IMG/VR virus record: IMGVR_UViG_3300031088_000758
Length of the DNA: 64,000 bases
Source: a virus
Taxonomy: Duplodnaviria; Caudoviricetes
Direction: 5' to 3' (one strand)
Made by a program: the position numbers and the translations under genes. The notes below the pieces were generated by a model. It had not been told where the DNA came from, did not search any database, and saw nothing but the letters and a program-made list of their open reading frames with translations. Below are positions 9,601 through 18,673 of the stretch, piece by piece; within the stretch, counting starts at the first letter, position 1; every line of letters begins with the position of its first letter.

Positions 9601-12600
9601 TATTGCCAGTTGGATCAATAATTTCGGATATATTTTGTTTATTATCGTAATTAAGTGCACTTTCGTTTCCTAGGGTGTCAACTGTTTTGTTGATTAATCC
9701 ACGATTACTATAATGATACGTAATTTTTGGTCCATTATTTGGAATTTGATTAGGTTCTTGAATAGATATTAATTTACCGTCTTTATCATTGTTAAACTTA
9801 GTTGGCTTACCTTCATAGTCAATTGTTTCAACAAGATTTCCATTGTCATCATATATATTCGTAAATATATCCCCTTTGGGGTTCGTTATTGTTGTTAAAA
9901 GATTTTGATCATTATAAGTAAATCTGTTGATTCTTCCTAATGGATCAACAGAATACATTAAGTTTCCATAACTATCATAGTTTTTTCGAGTAACTTTTTT
10001 ATTAGGGTCCGTATAGTAAATTACATTACCAGAAGAATCATGACTGTAAGAATAAGTTACTACGTTTGGTGTTCCTAATGCAAGTGTTCTTACTGTAAGC
10101 CATCCACGAGAATTATAAGTGTCTTTGTTAACTGTTCCGTCAGGTAGCGTAATAGTTCTTGTTAAATCATTATAAGCAAATGTTGTTGAATTACCTTTAG
10201 GGTCTTTTTGCTCAACTACTCTATTTTTAGAATCATAAAAAGTCTCATAAGTTCCACCATTAGGGTGTGTTATCTTATGAATTTTATGATCAGAATAATA
10301 TATGTAGTTTTTATCGTTGTCTATTTTTGAATCTTCCACTTTGGTAAGTTCATTTGATTCATTGTAGTAATAATTAACAGTATGAGTATTATCATTTGCT
10401 GATGTTATAAGGTTATTATTCCATTCTATATTGATTTCTTTATTCTGGTTATCAAATATTCTAATAATTTGGCCATCATTATTTCGCTCAAGAGAGAGAC
10501 TATTATTGTTTCTGTCTTTAATGTTATTTAATATTCCTTCATTGTTGAATATAAATTTATTTCCATCTTTTCTTTCAAATAAGTATGTTTGTGTTGAATT
10601 ATTGTACTTTAGCTCAGCTTTAACGCTTGAAGCAGTAATATACTCAATGTTTCCGTTTTCGTCTTCAATTTTAGAAAATGCAACCATCGAACCATTTTCT
10701 TGCGTTACACTAATATATTGTGATTCTATTAAAGAGTCCAAGTCTCCTTCAAGTTTCATATTAAAATTGTGTTCCCAACCATAGCCGAAAGAACCTTTAA
10801 CCTCTTTTTTAATGCTTGAATAGGATCTTGTTAATCCAAATGGTATTACTGATTCTATTGTTAAATCATTGCTGTTTTCAAAAAGTTCTCCGTTATATGA
10901 ATTTACAGGATCTCCATAGCATTGTTGTTGGCAATCTGCTGTTGATGGATTTCCACCACCAGCAAATCTTTCACTTGTGTGATAGTTTATATAGTTGTCA
11001 TTAATAAGTTCTGCGGGGAATCTTCCGCTGCTTATTGCTTGTATATCTTCGAATTGCGAGGAATTTGTTCTTGTTTTATGTTCAGCTATATATGCTAAGT
11101 AAATTCCATTCTGATCAACTGGGGCATAAAAACTAACAATTCCTTTGCTAACAGCATTATACGGACCATACATTACTTTTCCATCATCTTTATTAACCAT
11201 AAATAAAGCATATCCGGAGTTTCTTAATGTTTTGTTGGATTCAAAATTTACTCTAACAATTTTTCTTGTAGCATTATTTGGATCAGGTTCTTCTATGGCA
11301 TCCTTAACGGCAATATTCCACTGTGAAGGTCTGGCTGTTATTGTGTCGCTAATTGCTTGAATGTCTCTTAATTCACTAAAAAATTTTAGGTTGTCTTCGT
11401 CAAGAGCTAAAATAACTCGATATTTTGATCCGGGTTTATTTGGATTTATTTTGTAACTTCCTGAAATAGTTTTTCCAACTGCTCCAGGTGATATCCAATG
11501 TCTATAAATTTGGTTTGTTTCTACATCATGTATATACATAGCGTATTTAAAATTTGTACCATATAATCTAGTATGTCCATTGTATCCGTCATGTAGAAGC
11601 TGATTTCCACGCCAATTAATATAAGCTTCGTTGTTGTTGTTGTCGATATTGACAGTTTTATCGACATATATTTCCCATGGCGCTCTTTTGATCGTTATAA
11701 TATTGCTTTCGGCAACAATTTGATTGTTGCCATTTTCATCTTTTTCGTAAACAAAAGCTTGATATTGTTTACTTTTTTCTGTATAAAATCTTTTTATGCC
11801 ATGACTGCTTACAAAATAATCGGTATCTGTAGGTATGTATGTTGAATAAGTAGCATCGTTTTCGCCAATTTCTTTATAATAAACAGTTGTCATGTATCCA
11901 CTGTTTTTGATACGTCTAGGTTGATTTGTTTGAATAACTAGATTAGGTGTAGAGTCATCTGTGTAAAAAGAATAGTTATCAGAAGTTAGCAGTATTTCCC
12001 AGTCATTATGATCGGTTGTTACGATGTTGCTTTCTGCTTTAATATTGTTTAAATCATCCTTTTCTGTAGAAGTTTGCCCGTTTGGTGCTAGAGCTAATTG
12101 GTATTTTTTCACATTATTATCATATTTTGGATTTAAACTAAAAGTTCCTGTATCAGCGTTTCCTGTTGTTTTTAAAATAATTTTATTGGTTGATACATCT
12201 ATGACATAGACTCCATAAGATCCACCTAATTTTTGATTAATCTTCCAGGTAAAATTGAGTTTTTGATTTTCTGTTGAATAGTTTTCCGCATCTACAGAAC
12301 CTGTAATATTCCAAGATTCAATTTCTATTTTGATTTCGTTTGATTTAGCGTAAAAATTCCTCAAACCACTGACGTTTTTCAACGCATTTTGATAATTTCC
12401 AATATAAATTTCATAAGTTCTATGATCATCATAAAATAATTTAATAGGCAAAGAACCTGATTGCGTTCTTGTTGCCCCTATTACATTACCCGTCTCTGAC
12501 TCTACAAGATACACATAATGATTGCTATTTAATGTTTTGTCAACATTCCAGCTAATACGTGGCATAACCGCATCTGATGTTGAATAAATTGTTTTATCTA

Positions 12601-13039
12601 CGGTTGATGATACATTCCATCCGTCATTTACGTAAGGAAATACAGTAATATTACTAGACTGATTAGGTCCAACTGAAACATAGTATTCATAAAAATCTTC
12701 TGTGGGTTTAGGTGCAGTGAAAATTATACTGGTCCCAGAAGAAGTTTGATCAATAGGATTAGATTCGCCTTGTCTGTAAAGATATAAAGTCGTATTATCA
12801 ACAGTAAGGTTTTTATCTAATAAAACAGAAAACTTGACAGTATTTTCTAAATCTGCTGTTTTTTGAAAAGATCTTATTTTAGGGTAAATAATGTCATCAT
12901 CCACTGAAGATAAGGAAATGTCTTCTTGTTCCTCATTTCCTTCAGCGCGGGATGGCGATAAAGTTATCAACATACTAACGAAAGCTAAACTACAAATTAC
13001 AACAAAACTTATTGATTTTTTAAAAATAATATTAAGCAT
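6689..13039 (-). CDS. Sec-exported Rhs/YD-repeat polymorphic toxin (WapA-like) with C-terminal NucA/NucB-type DNase
   Basis: Signal peptide (..SPSRA|EG), repeated N-terminal modules, GDPVNSYNGE..FGYGW, many YD repeats, core end LYNLRARWYEP..NPLSNIDPLGL, tip ERDEFPYASTQEGG. Confidence 0.93.
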   Translation of the reverse strand: MLNIIFKKSISFVVICSLAFVSMLITLSPSRAEGNEEQEDISLSSVDDDIIYPKIRSFQKTADLENTVKFSVLLDKNLTVDNTTLYLYRQGESNPIDQTSSGTSIIFTAPKPTEDFYEYYVSVGPNQSSNITVFPYVNDGWNVSSTVDKTIYSTSDAVMPRISWNVDKTLNSNHYVYLVESETGNVIGATRTQSGSLPIKLFYDDHRTYEIYIGNYQNALKNVSGLRNFYAKSNEIKIEIESWNITGSVDAENYSTENQKLNFTWKINQKLGGSYGVYVIDVSTNKIILKTTGNADTGTFSLNPKYDNNVKKYQLALAPNGQTSTEKDDLNNIKAESNIVTTDHNDWEILLTSDNYSFYTDDSTPNLVIQTNQPRRIKNSGYMTTVYYKEIGENDATYSTYIPTDTDYFVSSHGIKRFYTEKSKQYQAFVYEKDENGNNQIVAESNIITIKRAPWEIYVDKTVNIDNNNNEAYINWRGNQLLHDGYNGHTRLYGTNFKYAMYIHDVETNQIYRHWISPGAVGKTISGSYKINPNKPGSKYRVILALDEDNLKFFSELRDIQAISDTITARPSQWNIAVKDAIEEPDPNNATRKIVRVNFESNKTLRNSGYALFMVNKDDGKVMYGPYNAVSKGIVSFYAPVDQNGIYLAYIAEHKTRTNSSQFEDIQAISSGRFPAELINDNYINYHTSERFAGGGNPSTADCQQQCYGDPVNSYNGELFENSNDLTIESVIPFGLTRSYSSIKKEVKGSFGYGWEHNFNMKLEGDLDSLIESQYISVTQENGSMVAFSKIEDENGNIEYITASSVKAELKYNNSTQTYLFERKDGNKFIFNNEGILNNIKDRNNNSLSLERNNDGQIIRIFDNQNKEINIEWNNNLITSANDNTHTVNYYYNESNELTKVEDSKIDNDKNYIYYSDHKIHKITHPNGGTYETFYDSKNRVVEQKDPKGNSTTFAYNDLTRTITLPDGTVNKDTYNSRGWLTVRTLALGTPNVVTYSYSHDSSGNVIYYTDPNKKVTRKNYDSYGNLMYSVDPLGRINRFTYNDQNLLTTITNPKGDIFTNIYDDNGNLVETIDYEGKPTKFNNDKDGKLISIQEPNQIPNNGPKITYHYSNRGLINKTVDTLGNESALNYDNKQNISEIIDPTGNITKIQYLNNNPNLPTKTIYPNGSEETIIYDGAGRVIKEIGTDGNNIEYTYDLMDNVLTIKTIYGTTSYAYDSHNRVISETSVKGSITNYEYNNLGMLTKTIYDDGSTATNTYTKHGLLATTTDAKGNTTTYTYDVVGNVLSVKDAVNSSVSYSYDVLNNITTSRTAQGNSYSYKYDKNGNMLSITDPDGNITKNSYDDNGNLITTTYPNGLLSVYTYNSENILVSNLDRFNGLKTYTYDENGNIVESKVNNSKTTNYSYDSMSNVIEIMYNNDKSVIYEYDNSGKITMSQSSDGEITNYAYDAIGNVTSRGPPGKEVQYSYTPYGEINKITYPSGKEVEYTYNSENQLTNVSSNNETIAEYSYDENFNNISTEYGNNILENNSFDVLNRLNSINVQNASSQSLYQRNLTFDKDSRILNSQSFFNGTKTIDKTYTYTKVDTIATVLNNTTKAKTTLTYDVFKNLTKSGSNTFNYESNYRLTSSKIAGSENSVSYDELGNRLTNNDSNIHRSYEWNIDGTLKNVNIDDQVDDNNDKNIDYSYENSGLLDSKTVDGQLVDEYVWDNVSSSIPLLLEDSKNEYIYGIRGSPIAQVDKDTDEIHYLHGDERNSVVLATDNNGNAVLTREYDEYGQILDEQYINAPGAVSDAPETDSDSNTPAVSDGGGDQAPIDDKPVKDFFTNFAYAGEYKDSDTGLYNLRARWYEPSTGTFLSVDPLFAMTNDAYGYASGNPLSNIDPLGLSAWNKFATGAAGVIDGAIGVPLAGSVMNRISPGSVDNCSLLYAGLGAAAGIGIMFVPGGGFVKAGGLLAKGGKSAYGFIKHRLKNLDFNDNGYISLGFLAKNVEKIQFKNGSIGIINKNGMSEFHLKKGSYDGVYDNHAEYFKAQGKGDSMILTKELADKIPKNRYHATKNTPTQKGLERDEFPYASTQEGGLGARIQMVLRKENNNHGNDLKQFYRKAGMKPGDQFIVRLK

Positions 13040-13126
13040 ATTCTTTTATGTTCCTTGTTATAGAGCTTGTAATTTAGCTCACAGATAAAAATAATATCAG
13101 AACATTTATTTAATATTATAAAAACA

Positions 13127-13173
13127 CAAAAGTGGTGGTACAACACCTATTGAACAGGCATTGTACCACCACT
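13127..13173 (-). terminator. Intrinsic terminator
   Basis: AGTGGTGGTACAA / TTGTACCACCACT inverted repeat after the RNA ligase gene. Confidence 0.75.
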
Positions 13174-13199
13174 AAAGTTTCCCAATAATTCACTAAATG

Positions 13200-13811
13200 T
13201 TAACTCAAATTATTAAACATTTTCTCATCATCACCACACTTATGCTTCAACTTGTCCAACCAAGCCTGATTCTTAACTTTGAACCTCACCTGTTGATTAC
13301 GAACAAGCTCCTGACTCTTACATACAACACCTTCAAAAGTCATATCTTCTAAAACACCTTCATTAACACTTTTGACAAAATCAGAATTAGCCTTGCCATA
13401 ATAAAGCAACTCAGCCGTAGGAACTACATCATCAAAAATCTTCATAAATTCTTTCGGCAACATAAAACCTTTTTTATACAAACTGACATCAAATAGAGTT
13501 AAAGAATGTTCCTCTTCCTCATGAAAACCAGCAAAACTATTCAATCCAGAAAATTCCATGAACAAAGTAGCACGCTCAACCTGAAGCTTCTTCAAAGGTT
13601 TAACAAGACTATCAGCCATAGTTTCTTCGAAAATACTAATAGCCTCACCAAGTGGCTTTTCATCACGAGAAAGCAAACGTTTACGTGAACCGAATTTAGT
13701 AAAACCGTTCTTGCGACTCCACTCAACTCGAATATTTGACCCATCTAATTTATCAAATGCATATATGGGTACATCAATAATATTTTTTGTAATACTTGGA
13801 TACTCTAACAA
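13200..13811 (-). CDS. RNA ligase-like nucleotidyltransferase (Rnl2-type adenylation domain only)
   Basis: Motif I KLDGSN, FGSR, motif III FMEF, LFDV, motif IV EGVVCK, motif V FKVKN. Confidence 0.8.
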   Translation of the reverse strand: MLEYPSITKNIIDVPIYAFDKLDGSNIRVEWSRKNGFTKFGSRKRLLSRDEKPLGEAISIFEETMADSLVKPLKKLQVERATLFMEFSGLNSFAGFHEEEEHSLTLFDVSLYKKGFMLPKEFMKIFDDVVPTAELLYYGKANSDFVKSVNEGVLEDMTFEGVVCKSQELVRNQQVRFKVKNQAWLDKLKHKCGDDEKMFNNLS

Positions 13812-13957
13812 AACTTACTCCTAAATTTAGAAAATGATACACAAAATCATTGGCACAACAACGTCATCAATGATAAATAACAATGACAATTAACGTGTGC
13901 GCTCTAAATTCAGACCTTCAGCATTATTTTTCTCCTAAAAAGTATTTGTTAAAATAT

Positions 13958-13986
13958 AGTCTAACAAATTAATTAAAAATTGTCAA
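13958..13986 (-). promoter_or_regulatory. Housekeeping sigma70-type promoter
   Basis: TTGACA-17 bp-TAGACT with extended TG on the minus strand. Confidence 0.65.
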
Positions 13987-14000
13987 ATCTTTAACACATA

Positions 14001-14819
14001 TTATTCAATATTTTCAAAGTACCTTGACTTAGATTCGGCTTTTTGAAGTAGCTGCTCATTTGAGAAATATTTTCTGTCAAACTTTTCCCATGGATACACT
14101 TTCATTCCCCATTCGCCGTTTTCTTGAACAGGATATCCTTTACGAACCCATTGAAGTTTCTTAGAAAGCTCTCCAGTCTCAGGGTCCACCCTAGTATAAT
14201 GAATCACAGTACAGTTATGGATTTTATAATTAGGATCTTTGTCAAACTGGATAAACTCTTCATCACTCCAACGTTGAAGAACCATTCTAGAAGCCCAAAT
14301 AAATTCACCATGTGTCACCATTAGAACATTGTCTTTTGAGTTTTCACGGTGAAGAGTGCTAAGAATGTTGCGCACACGATTTTCGGCAACATTAGCAATA
14401 GACTCACCACCAGGAGGAGACCAATAAAGAGGGTCTTTCTTCTTAAAAATAGCATTCAAAGGATACTTCTCTTGAAAATCTTTTCGTGAAATGCCATCAA
14501 TCTCACCCCAATTACGCTCACGAATAACACGGTTTTCTTCCCACTGTGCATCATCAATGTTCAAATGAGCAGCTGTTTCACAAGTCCTTACAAAAGGCGA
14601 GACAATATGACGATCAAAAGAGTCAATGTTTTCCTTAATCCACTTACCAGCAGTTTGCGCTTGTTGAACACCTAATGCGCTTAAACGCCAAGACCTATCA
14701 GGAATCATCATAGTTTCATCACTGAAGTATGAGTCATCTCCTTTTTTAGAAGCCTCAACCATAATATTAGCTTCACTCTGTCCATGTCGTACAAGAACTA
14801 AGTTATTTGGCATACCCAT
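14001..14819 (-). CDS. Histidine phosphatase (phosphoglycerate mutase superfamily)
   Basis: LVLVRHGQSEAN, SPFVRTCETA, IRERNWGE, PPGGES, LMVTHGE. Confidence 0.93.
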   Translation of the reverse strand: MGMPNNLVLVRHGQSEANIMVEASKKGDDSYFSDETMMIPDRSWRLSALGVQQAQTAGKWIKENIDSFDRHIVSPFVRTCETAAHLNIDDAQWEENRVIRERNWGEIDGISRKDFQEKYPLNAIFKKKDPLYWSPPGGESIANVAENRVRNILSTLHRENSKDNVLMVTHGEFIWASRMVLQRWSDEEFIQFDKDPNYKIHNCTVIHYTRVDPETGELSKKLQWVRKGYPVQENGEWGMKVYPWEKFDRKYFSNEQLLQKAESKSRYFENIE

Positions 14820-14857
14820 AAATAATCACATCCTTAATAAAAGTATTAATAAAAATT

Positions 14858-14886
14858 ATTATAGCATAATGTTTTCGAGTTATCAA
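14858..14886 (-). promoter_or_regulatory. Housekeeping sigma70-type promoter
   Basis: TTGATA-17 bp-TATAAT with extended TG. Confidence 0.75.
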
Positions 14887-14896
14887 TAAAAATAAA

Positions 14897-14938
14897 ATTA
14901 GCCCCCAAACTTGAATGAACAGTTTAGGGACTAACTCA
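14897..14938 (-). terminator. Probable terminator hairpin
   Basis: Imperfect inverted repeat TTAGCCCCCAAAC / GTTTAGGGACTAA after the BI-1 gene. Confidence 0.55.
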
Positions 14939-14954
14939 ATTATTTGAACTTTTA

Positions 14955-15635
14955 TCAATTACGTAGAATACCAAGAATATTCAACAAACTAACAAAAATG
15001 TTGTAAATGTTAAGGAATAAGTTCAAAGCATAATGAGCAGCTGGAATTTGATCATAAGGATCACGGTTCTTTAATCTCTGTATATCAATGAATGTGTACA
15101 GCGCCATAATGACAATTACAGCAGCAGATACGATAAGAGAAAGAATAGAAAGCTTAAATATAAAAGCATTCAAGAAACTCATTGCGATAAGACCTAATAG
15201 TATGAAGAATAATTTAGGTGCTAAGTGATCCAAGTTCTTCTTACTCGTCCATCCTAGAACAGCCATACCACCGAATATAACCGCTGTTCCACCTGCTGCC
15301 ATTCCCACAATTCCACCTGCACCTGTGCTGACATAATAGTTCAGTGTAGGATAAAGGATAATACCCAGTATGAAAGGCACAGTAACAGCAAATATTCCAG
15401 AAAGCTGCATAGCCTTACGAGAAAAACCAGCAACTAGTAGAGCCACAAAAGCCACGATATATAGCGGCATCATGAGAGCAGGTGGAACCAAAGGGCCAAC
15501 CAGTACCGCACCAATTGTAGCAGCTAGAAAGGAAACAGCTACCCAAGACATAACCTTAGAGTAAAAGCGTCCGTTATCCATGCTGTCAACTGTTCTAGCA
15601 TTATTGAAAGACGGGCTGAAATTACTAAAATTCAT
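14955..15635 (-). CDS. Bax inhibitor-1/YccA family membrane protein
   Basis: About 7 hydrophobic segments, FYSKVMSWV, YTFIDIQRL, ALNLFLNIYNIFVSLLNIL. Confidence 0.9.
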   Translation of the reverse strand: MNFSNFSPSFNNARTVDSMDNGRFYSKVMSWVAVSFLAATIGAVLVGPLVPPALMMPLYIVAFVALLVAGFSRKAMQLSGIFAVTVPFILGIILYPTLNYYVSTGAGGIVGMAAGGTAVIFGGMAVLGWTSKKNLDHLAPKLFFILLGLIAMSFLNAFIFKLSILSLIVSAAVIVIMALYTFIDIQRLKNRDPYDQIPAAHYALNLFLNIYNIFVSLLNILGILRN

Positions 15636-15722
15636 ATAAACTACCTACCTCATTAAAGTCTTATGTATTAAATAATATTATAAAAATACTTGAATTGAAC
15701 ATATGTTAAATCAACGATATTT

Positions 15723-16154
15723 TTATACTGAATATTCCGGTTGATCAAAAACATTTACCATCTTGACGAAATTAGCAATAATCTCTTGTTCCTCAACAGT
15801 AAACTTATTTCCAGCACGTAAACGATCAGTTGCTTGAACATTGGCTACCATGAACTCTCTGGGGCCTAATAATCCATCTTCACTTCTACCGTTCTTTTCC
15901 ATGTAAATTAAAGTCAAAGCCAGCATTGCTAATTCGTTTTTCTGAAAACCTGAATTATGCAAGAAATTACCAAGCAGTCTATCCGCTAAAAACCACTTTC
16001 CATCCTGATAAACAACCGCAAGGTCATCGTCAAAAATCAGTGCGTTTTCAATTATTGTTTTTTGATACTCTGTTTCTACTGGTGACACTATTTCTACTTC
16101 CCCAACAGAAAGTTCATGAGGATCATCTGAAACAGCTAAGGATTGGGCTATCAT
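15723..16154 (-). CDS. Hypothetical protein
   Basis: 143-aa ORF, AGGAG RBS, GATATT motif upstream. Confidence 0.75.
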   Translation of the reverse strand: MIAQSLAVSDDPHELSVGEVEIVSPVETEYQKTIIENALIFDDDLAVVYQDGKWFLADRLLGNFLHNSGFQKNELAMLALTLIYMEKNGRSEDGLLGPREFMVANVQATDRLRAGNKFTVEEQEIIANFVKMVNVFDQPEYSV

Positions 16155-16277
16155 AACAGCTCCTAAAAAGATTGCTTACTTACTAATATCTTCATTTTTG
16201 CTTACTTATAGAATATTATATCATTTATTTTCTTTAAAAGTGCAGCTAAACGCAAAACAATCAGTTAAACTCAAATA

Positions 16278-16306
16278 TTGACTACAATAGATATATATGT
16301 TAGACT
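16278..16306 (+). promoter_or_regulatory. Housekeeping sigma70-type promoter
   Basis: TTGACT-17 bp-TAGACT with extended TG. Confidence 0.6.
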
Positions 16307-16351
16307 GATAAAACTATTCTACTATTTTTGATCAGATGAAACGGGGATATA

Positions 16352-17104
16352 ATGGAAATAGAAACAATCTCACTAAAAAACCTCAGTGAAATCATGACAA
16401 ATTATCGTCCTGTCTATCCTTCACCTTACACTTGGGAATCAACAATAGCATACATGTTAAAAGAAGACACTGAACGAATTGTTGTTGAACAGCTTGTTGA
16501 AGAATTAAAAAATAGTGAACAAGGAACATTCAGAGAGCCAGTACGTCTAGATAAACAAGAAATAAGCCCTGATGAAATAAAAGAAGATGATTATTACACA
16601 GACATCTTGAATAATGGATATATTCGCACTGAGAATGACGGAAAGACATATTCATATACAATCGGTGACGGAACACATAGAATAGTTGCTGCTTACCTTT
16701 ACGGAGCCGAAGAAATTCTTACCACTAATAATTCTCTCAGTGAAGACATGTCATACTTCATAGTCACTTCTGTAAAATTTGCTGAAAAAGAATTAAATGA
16801 TGAAGAACAAGATCTTTTAGTGTCTTGTTCAAGATCATTAAAAATTTCCGAAAAGCTGTGGATTACAAGCAGTCTATCCACACAGGATATTAGAAGCACT
16901 TTTATTTATTGGGATATTTACTCACCCGAAATAGACTTAAACCTGATCACCAGCAAAGTTCAAAAAACAGTTCAGATTTTCATGCCGAATGTTGAATTTT
17001 CAGTAGATACTTTTCTTGAACCATGGGATGATGAGGAAGAAAAAGAAGAAGTTTGGGATAATTTTAACATTGAAAACAGCAGTGATGAACAACAAAAAGC
17101 TTGA
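16352..17104 (+). CDS. ParB/sulfiredoxin N-terminal-domain protein
   Basis: FREPV..IGDGTHRIVAAY resembles the ParB/Srx GxxR motif; no HTH evident. Confidence 0.65.
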   Translation: MEIETISLKNLSEIMTNYRPVYPSPYTWESTIAYMLKEDTERIVVEQLVEELKNSEQGTFREPVRLDKQEISPDEIKEDDYYTDILNNGYIRTENDGKTYSYTIGDGTHRIVAAYLYGAEEILTTNNSLSEDMSYFIVTSVKFAEKELNDEEQDLLVSCSRSLKISEKLWITSSLSTQDIRSTFIYWDIYSPEIDLNLITSKVQKTVQIFMPNVEFSVDTFLEPWDDEEEKEEVWDNFNIENSSDEQQKA

Positions 17105-17112
17105 ACAGATTG

Positions 17113-17760
17113 TCAATTATTGTTGTTACTGTTGCTTAAAGGTTTCATCACAGGGATATCAGCATCAGGTAGCTCAAGCAAATCTAAAGTTGTAATCACT
17201 TTTCCTACAATAAGTGGATATTTTTTGACAAATTTCTTTTTTCCTGTAAGGCTAAGAATTTGCTGTGCAAAACGTCTAGCATCATAGTGTCTTACATCAT
17301 TAACAGGATTAACATAAGTTTCACCTGTCATAAGATCTTGATATTGAGCCTTATTTTCTGAAACATGACCAATAGATTCTAATATTCTTTCCAAAAGATA
17401 AATCACAGGTCTATTATCCCAAGCATCTAACAGGTTCGTCATATCCATTAACGAAGTTTCGATCTCATCTTCAGAAACAGCAATTTCAAAAAGATTATTC
17501 ATCATTTCTTCGTTAAGTTGTTTGGAAAGCAATTGTTTTCCTTCACGACGACGCTCACGATGATACGAGTGATCAAAATCAGTTTCAATGTACCATAAAT
17601 GATTACCAGATGCTTTGATGGACTCGCCATTTTCTAACTCTATTTCAAACATTCGTTCAGGCACATGCTGATCATATGCTTCCCTCACTACAACTTCTTC
17701 ACCGTTAGGGCCACGTATGATATCACCTGGAACCAAATCACCAAATCTTTTTAAAGTCAT
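17113..17760 (-). CDS. Free-standing intein (Hint) middle fragment with ~130-aa insertion
   Basis: MTLKRFGDLVPGDIIRGPNGEEVVV..MFEIELENGESIKASGNHLW aligns with the CpaF intein (STMGEIKVGDEVFDRFGNVVKV..VYEVEFNTGEKVYCDAEHNW); lacks block A and blocks F/G; GGAAGG RBS before ATG 17760. Confidence 0.85.
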   Translation of the reverse strand: MTLKRFGDLVPGDIIRGPNGEEVVVREAYDQHVPERMFEIELENGESIKASGNHLWYIETDFDHSYHRERRREGKQLLSKQLNEEMMNNLFEIAVSEDEIETSLMDMTNLLDAWDNRPVIYLLERILESIGHVSENKAQYQDLMTGETYVNPVNDVRHYDARRFAQQILSLTGKKKFVKKYPLIVGKVITTLDLLELPDADIPVMKPLSNSNNNN

Positions 17761-17827
17761 AAAATTCTTACCTTCCAAAACATCTTCTATTATTCATGTT
17801 GTATACTTTATATATCTTATCACTAAC

Positions 17828-18673
17828 TTACTCGCCAGGATCCAAAGTCTGTAAAAACTTTTCGTACAGCTCATCCTCTTCTTTAAACCTGTTCTCCACT
17901 TCAAAATGAAAATCTGATGGTGTGAATTTCAAAGGGTGAAGTATACATATCTTAGGAAGCGTTTTATCAAACAATGATCCAATGACTTTTTGTTGACGAC
18001 TATAATAACTATCTTCTAAATCAGAATATAAATTATGTAGATAATCATCATTCTCGGATCCAAGATAAGCAGCCCAATCCAACTGTGTATGTAATTCGTC
18101 ATTAAATGTTCTACAAGAAGCTGTAATAGGAACAAAGCATATACGCTCCCAATTGCTGTCTACTATTAAGTTTTCTACTTTTTTAGATAATTCTTGATCT
18201 TCTAAATCATGAACTAATTGTTCATTCAAGTAAATGAGAATAAACTGAAGTTTTCTATCACTAGCTTCTATTTGACCTTTATCAATATTTTTTTTACGAA
18301 TGCTTTCTCTGAAATCAAGAACATCATCAACAAAAGTTTCAAAAGTATTCAAATAATTATGATAATTAAAGACTTTGTAATTATTCTCCAGTATTTCACC
18401 TAAATTTAATAATTCACCTGATAAGTCGTATAAGTCAATAGCTACACTTTCCTGGAATTTTTCTAATTGTTTCGCAAAATTTTCAAGAAAAATATCTCGT
18501 TGTGAAGTCAGGTTTCCATAAAAGAATGCCATGTTATTGTGACTGACAGCATCCCAGGCAACTTTTTTTCGATAAGTTCTAAAAAATTCACAGCGAACAG
18601 AATTTTTAAAAATAAGATTGCCAGCTTCAAACCCTTTGTCAAGCCTTAGTCTGTCCCAATCAAAATATTTCAT
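17828..18673 (-). CDS. Hypothetical protein, possibly a degenerate FtsK/P-loop fold
   Basis: Spacing of AFFYGNLTSQRD, IDLYDLSGE, FILIYLNE, RICFVPITAS parallels FtsK motifs, but catalytic residues are absent. Confidence 0.45.
   Translation of the reverse strand: MKYFDWDRLRLDKGFEAGNLIFKNSVRCEFFRTYRKKVAWDAVSHNNMAFFYGNLTSQRDIFLENFAKQLEKFQESVAIDLYDLSGELLNLGEILENNYKVFNYHNYLNTFETFVDDVLDFRESIRKKNIDKGQIEASDRKLQFILIYLNEQLVHDLEDQELSKKVENLIVDSNWERICFVPITASCRTFNDELHTQLDWAAYLGSENDDYLHNLYSDLEDSYYSRQQKVIGSLFDKTLPKICILHPLKFTPSDFHFEVENRFKEEDELYEKFLQTLDPGE

Noticed and set aside
13824-13924. AGGAG RBS plus ATG followed at once by TGA (possible recoding or tiny ORF)
   Set aside because: A second stop follows; TGA is a normal stop throughout the window, so at most a decayed small gene.
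17113-17140. C-terminal SNSNNNN of the Hint middle ORF as an intein block G
   Set aside because: Low-complexity tail with no block F, no +1 nucleophile and no extein.
17828-18673. Candidate for the missing C-terminal half of the split ATPase
   Set aside because: No N-terminal IntC, it has its own degenerate Walker A region, and no intact Walker B.
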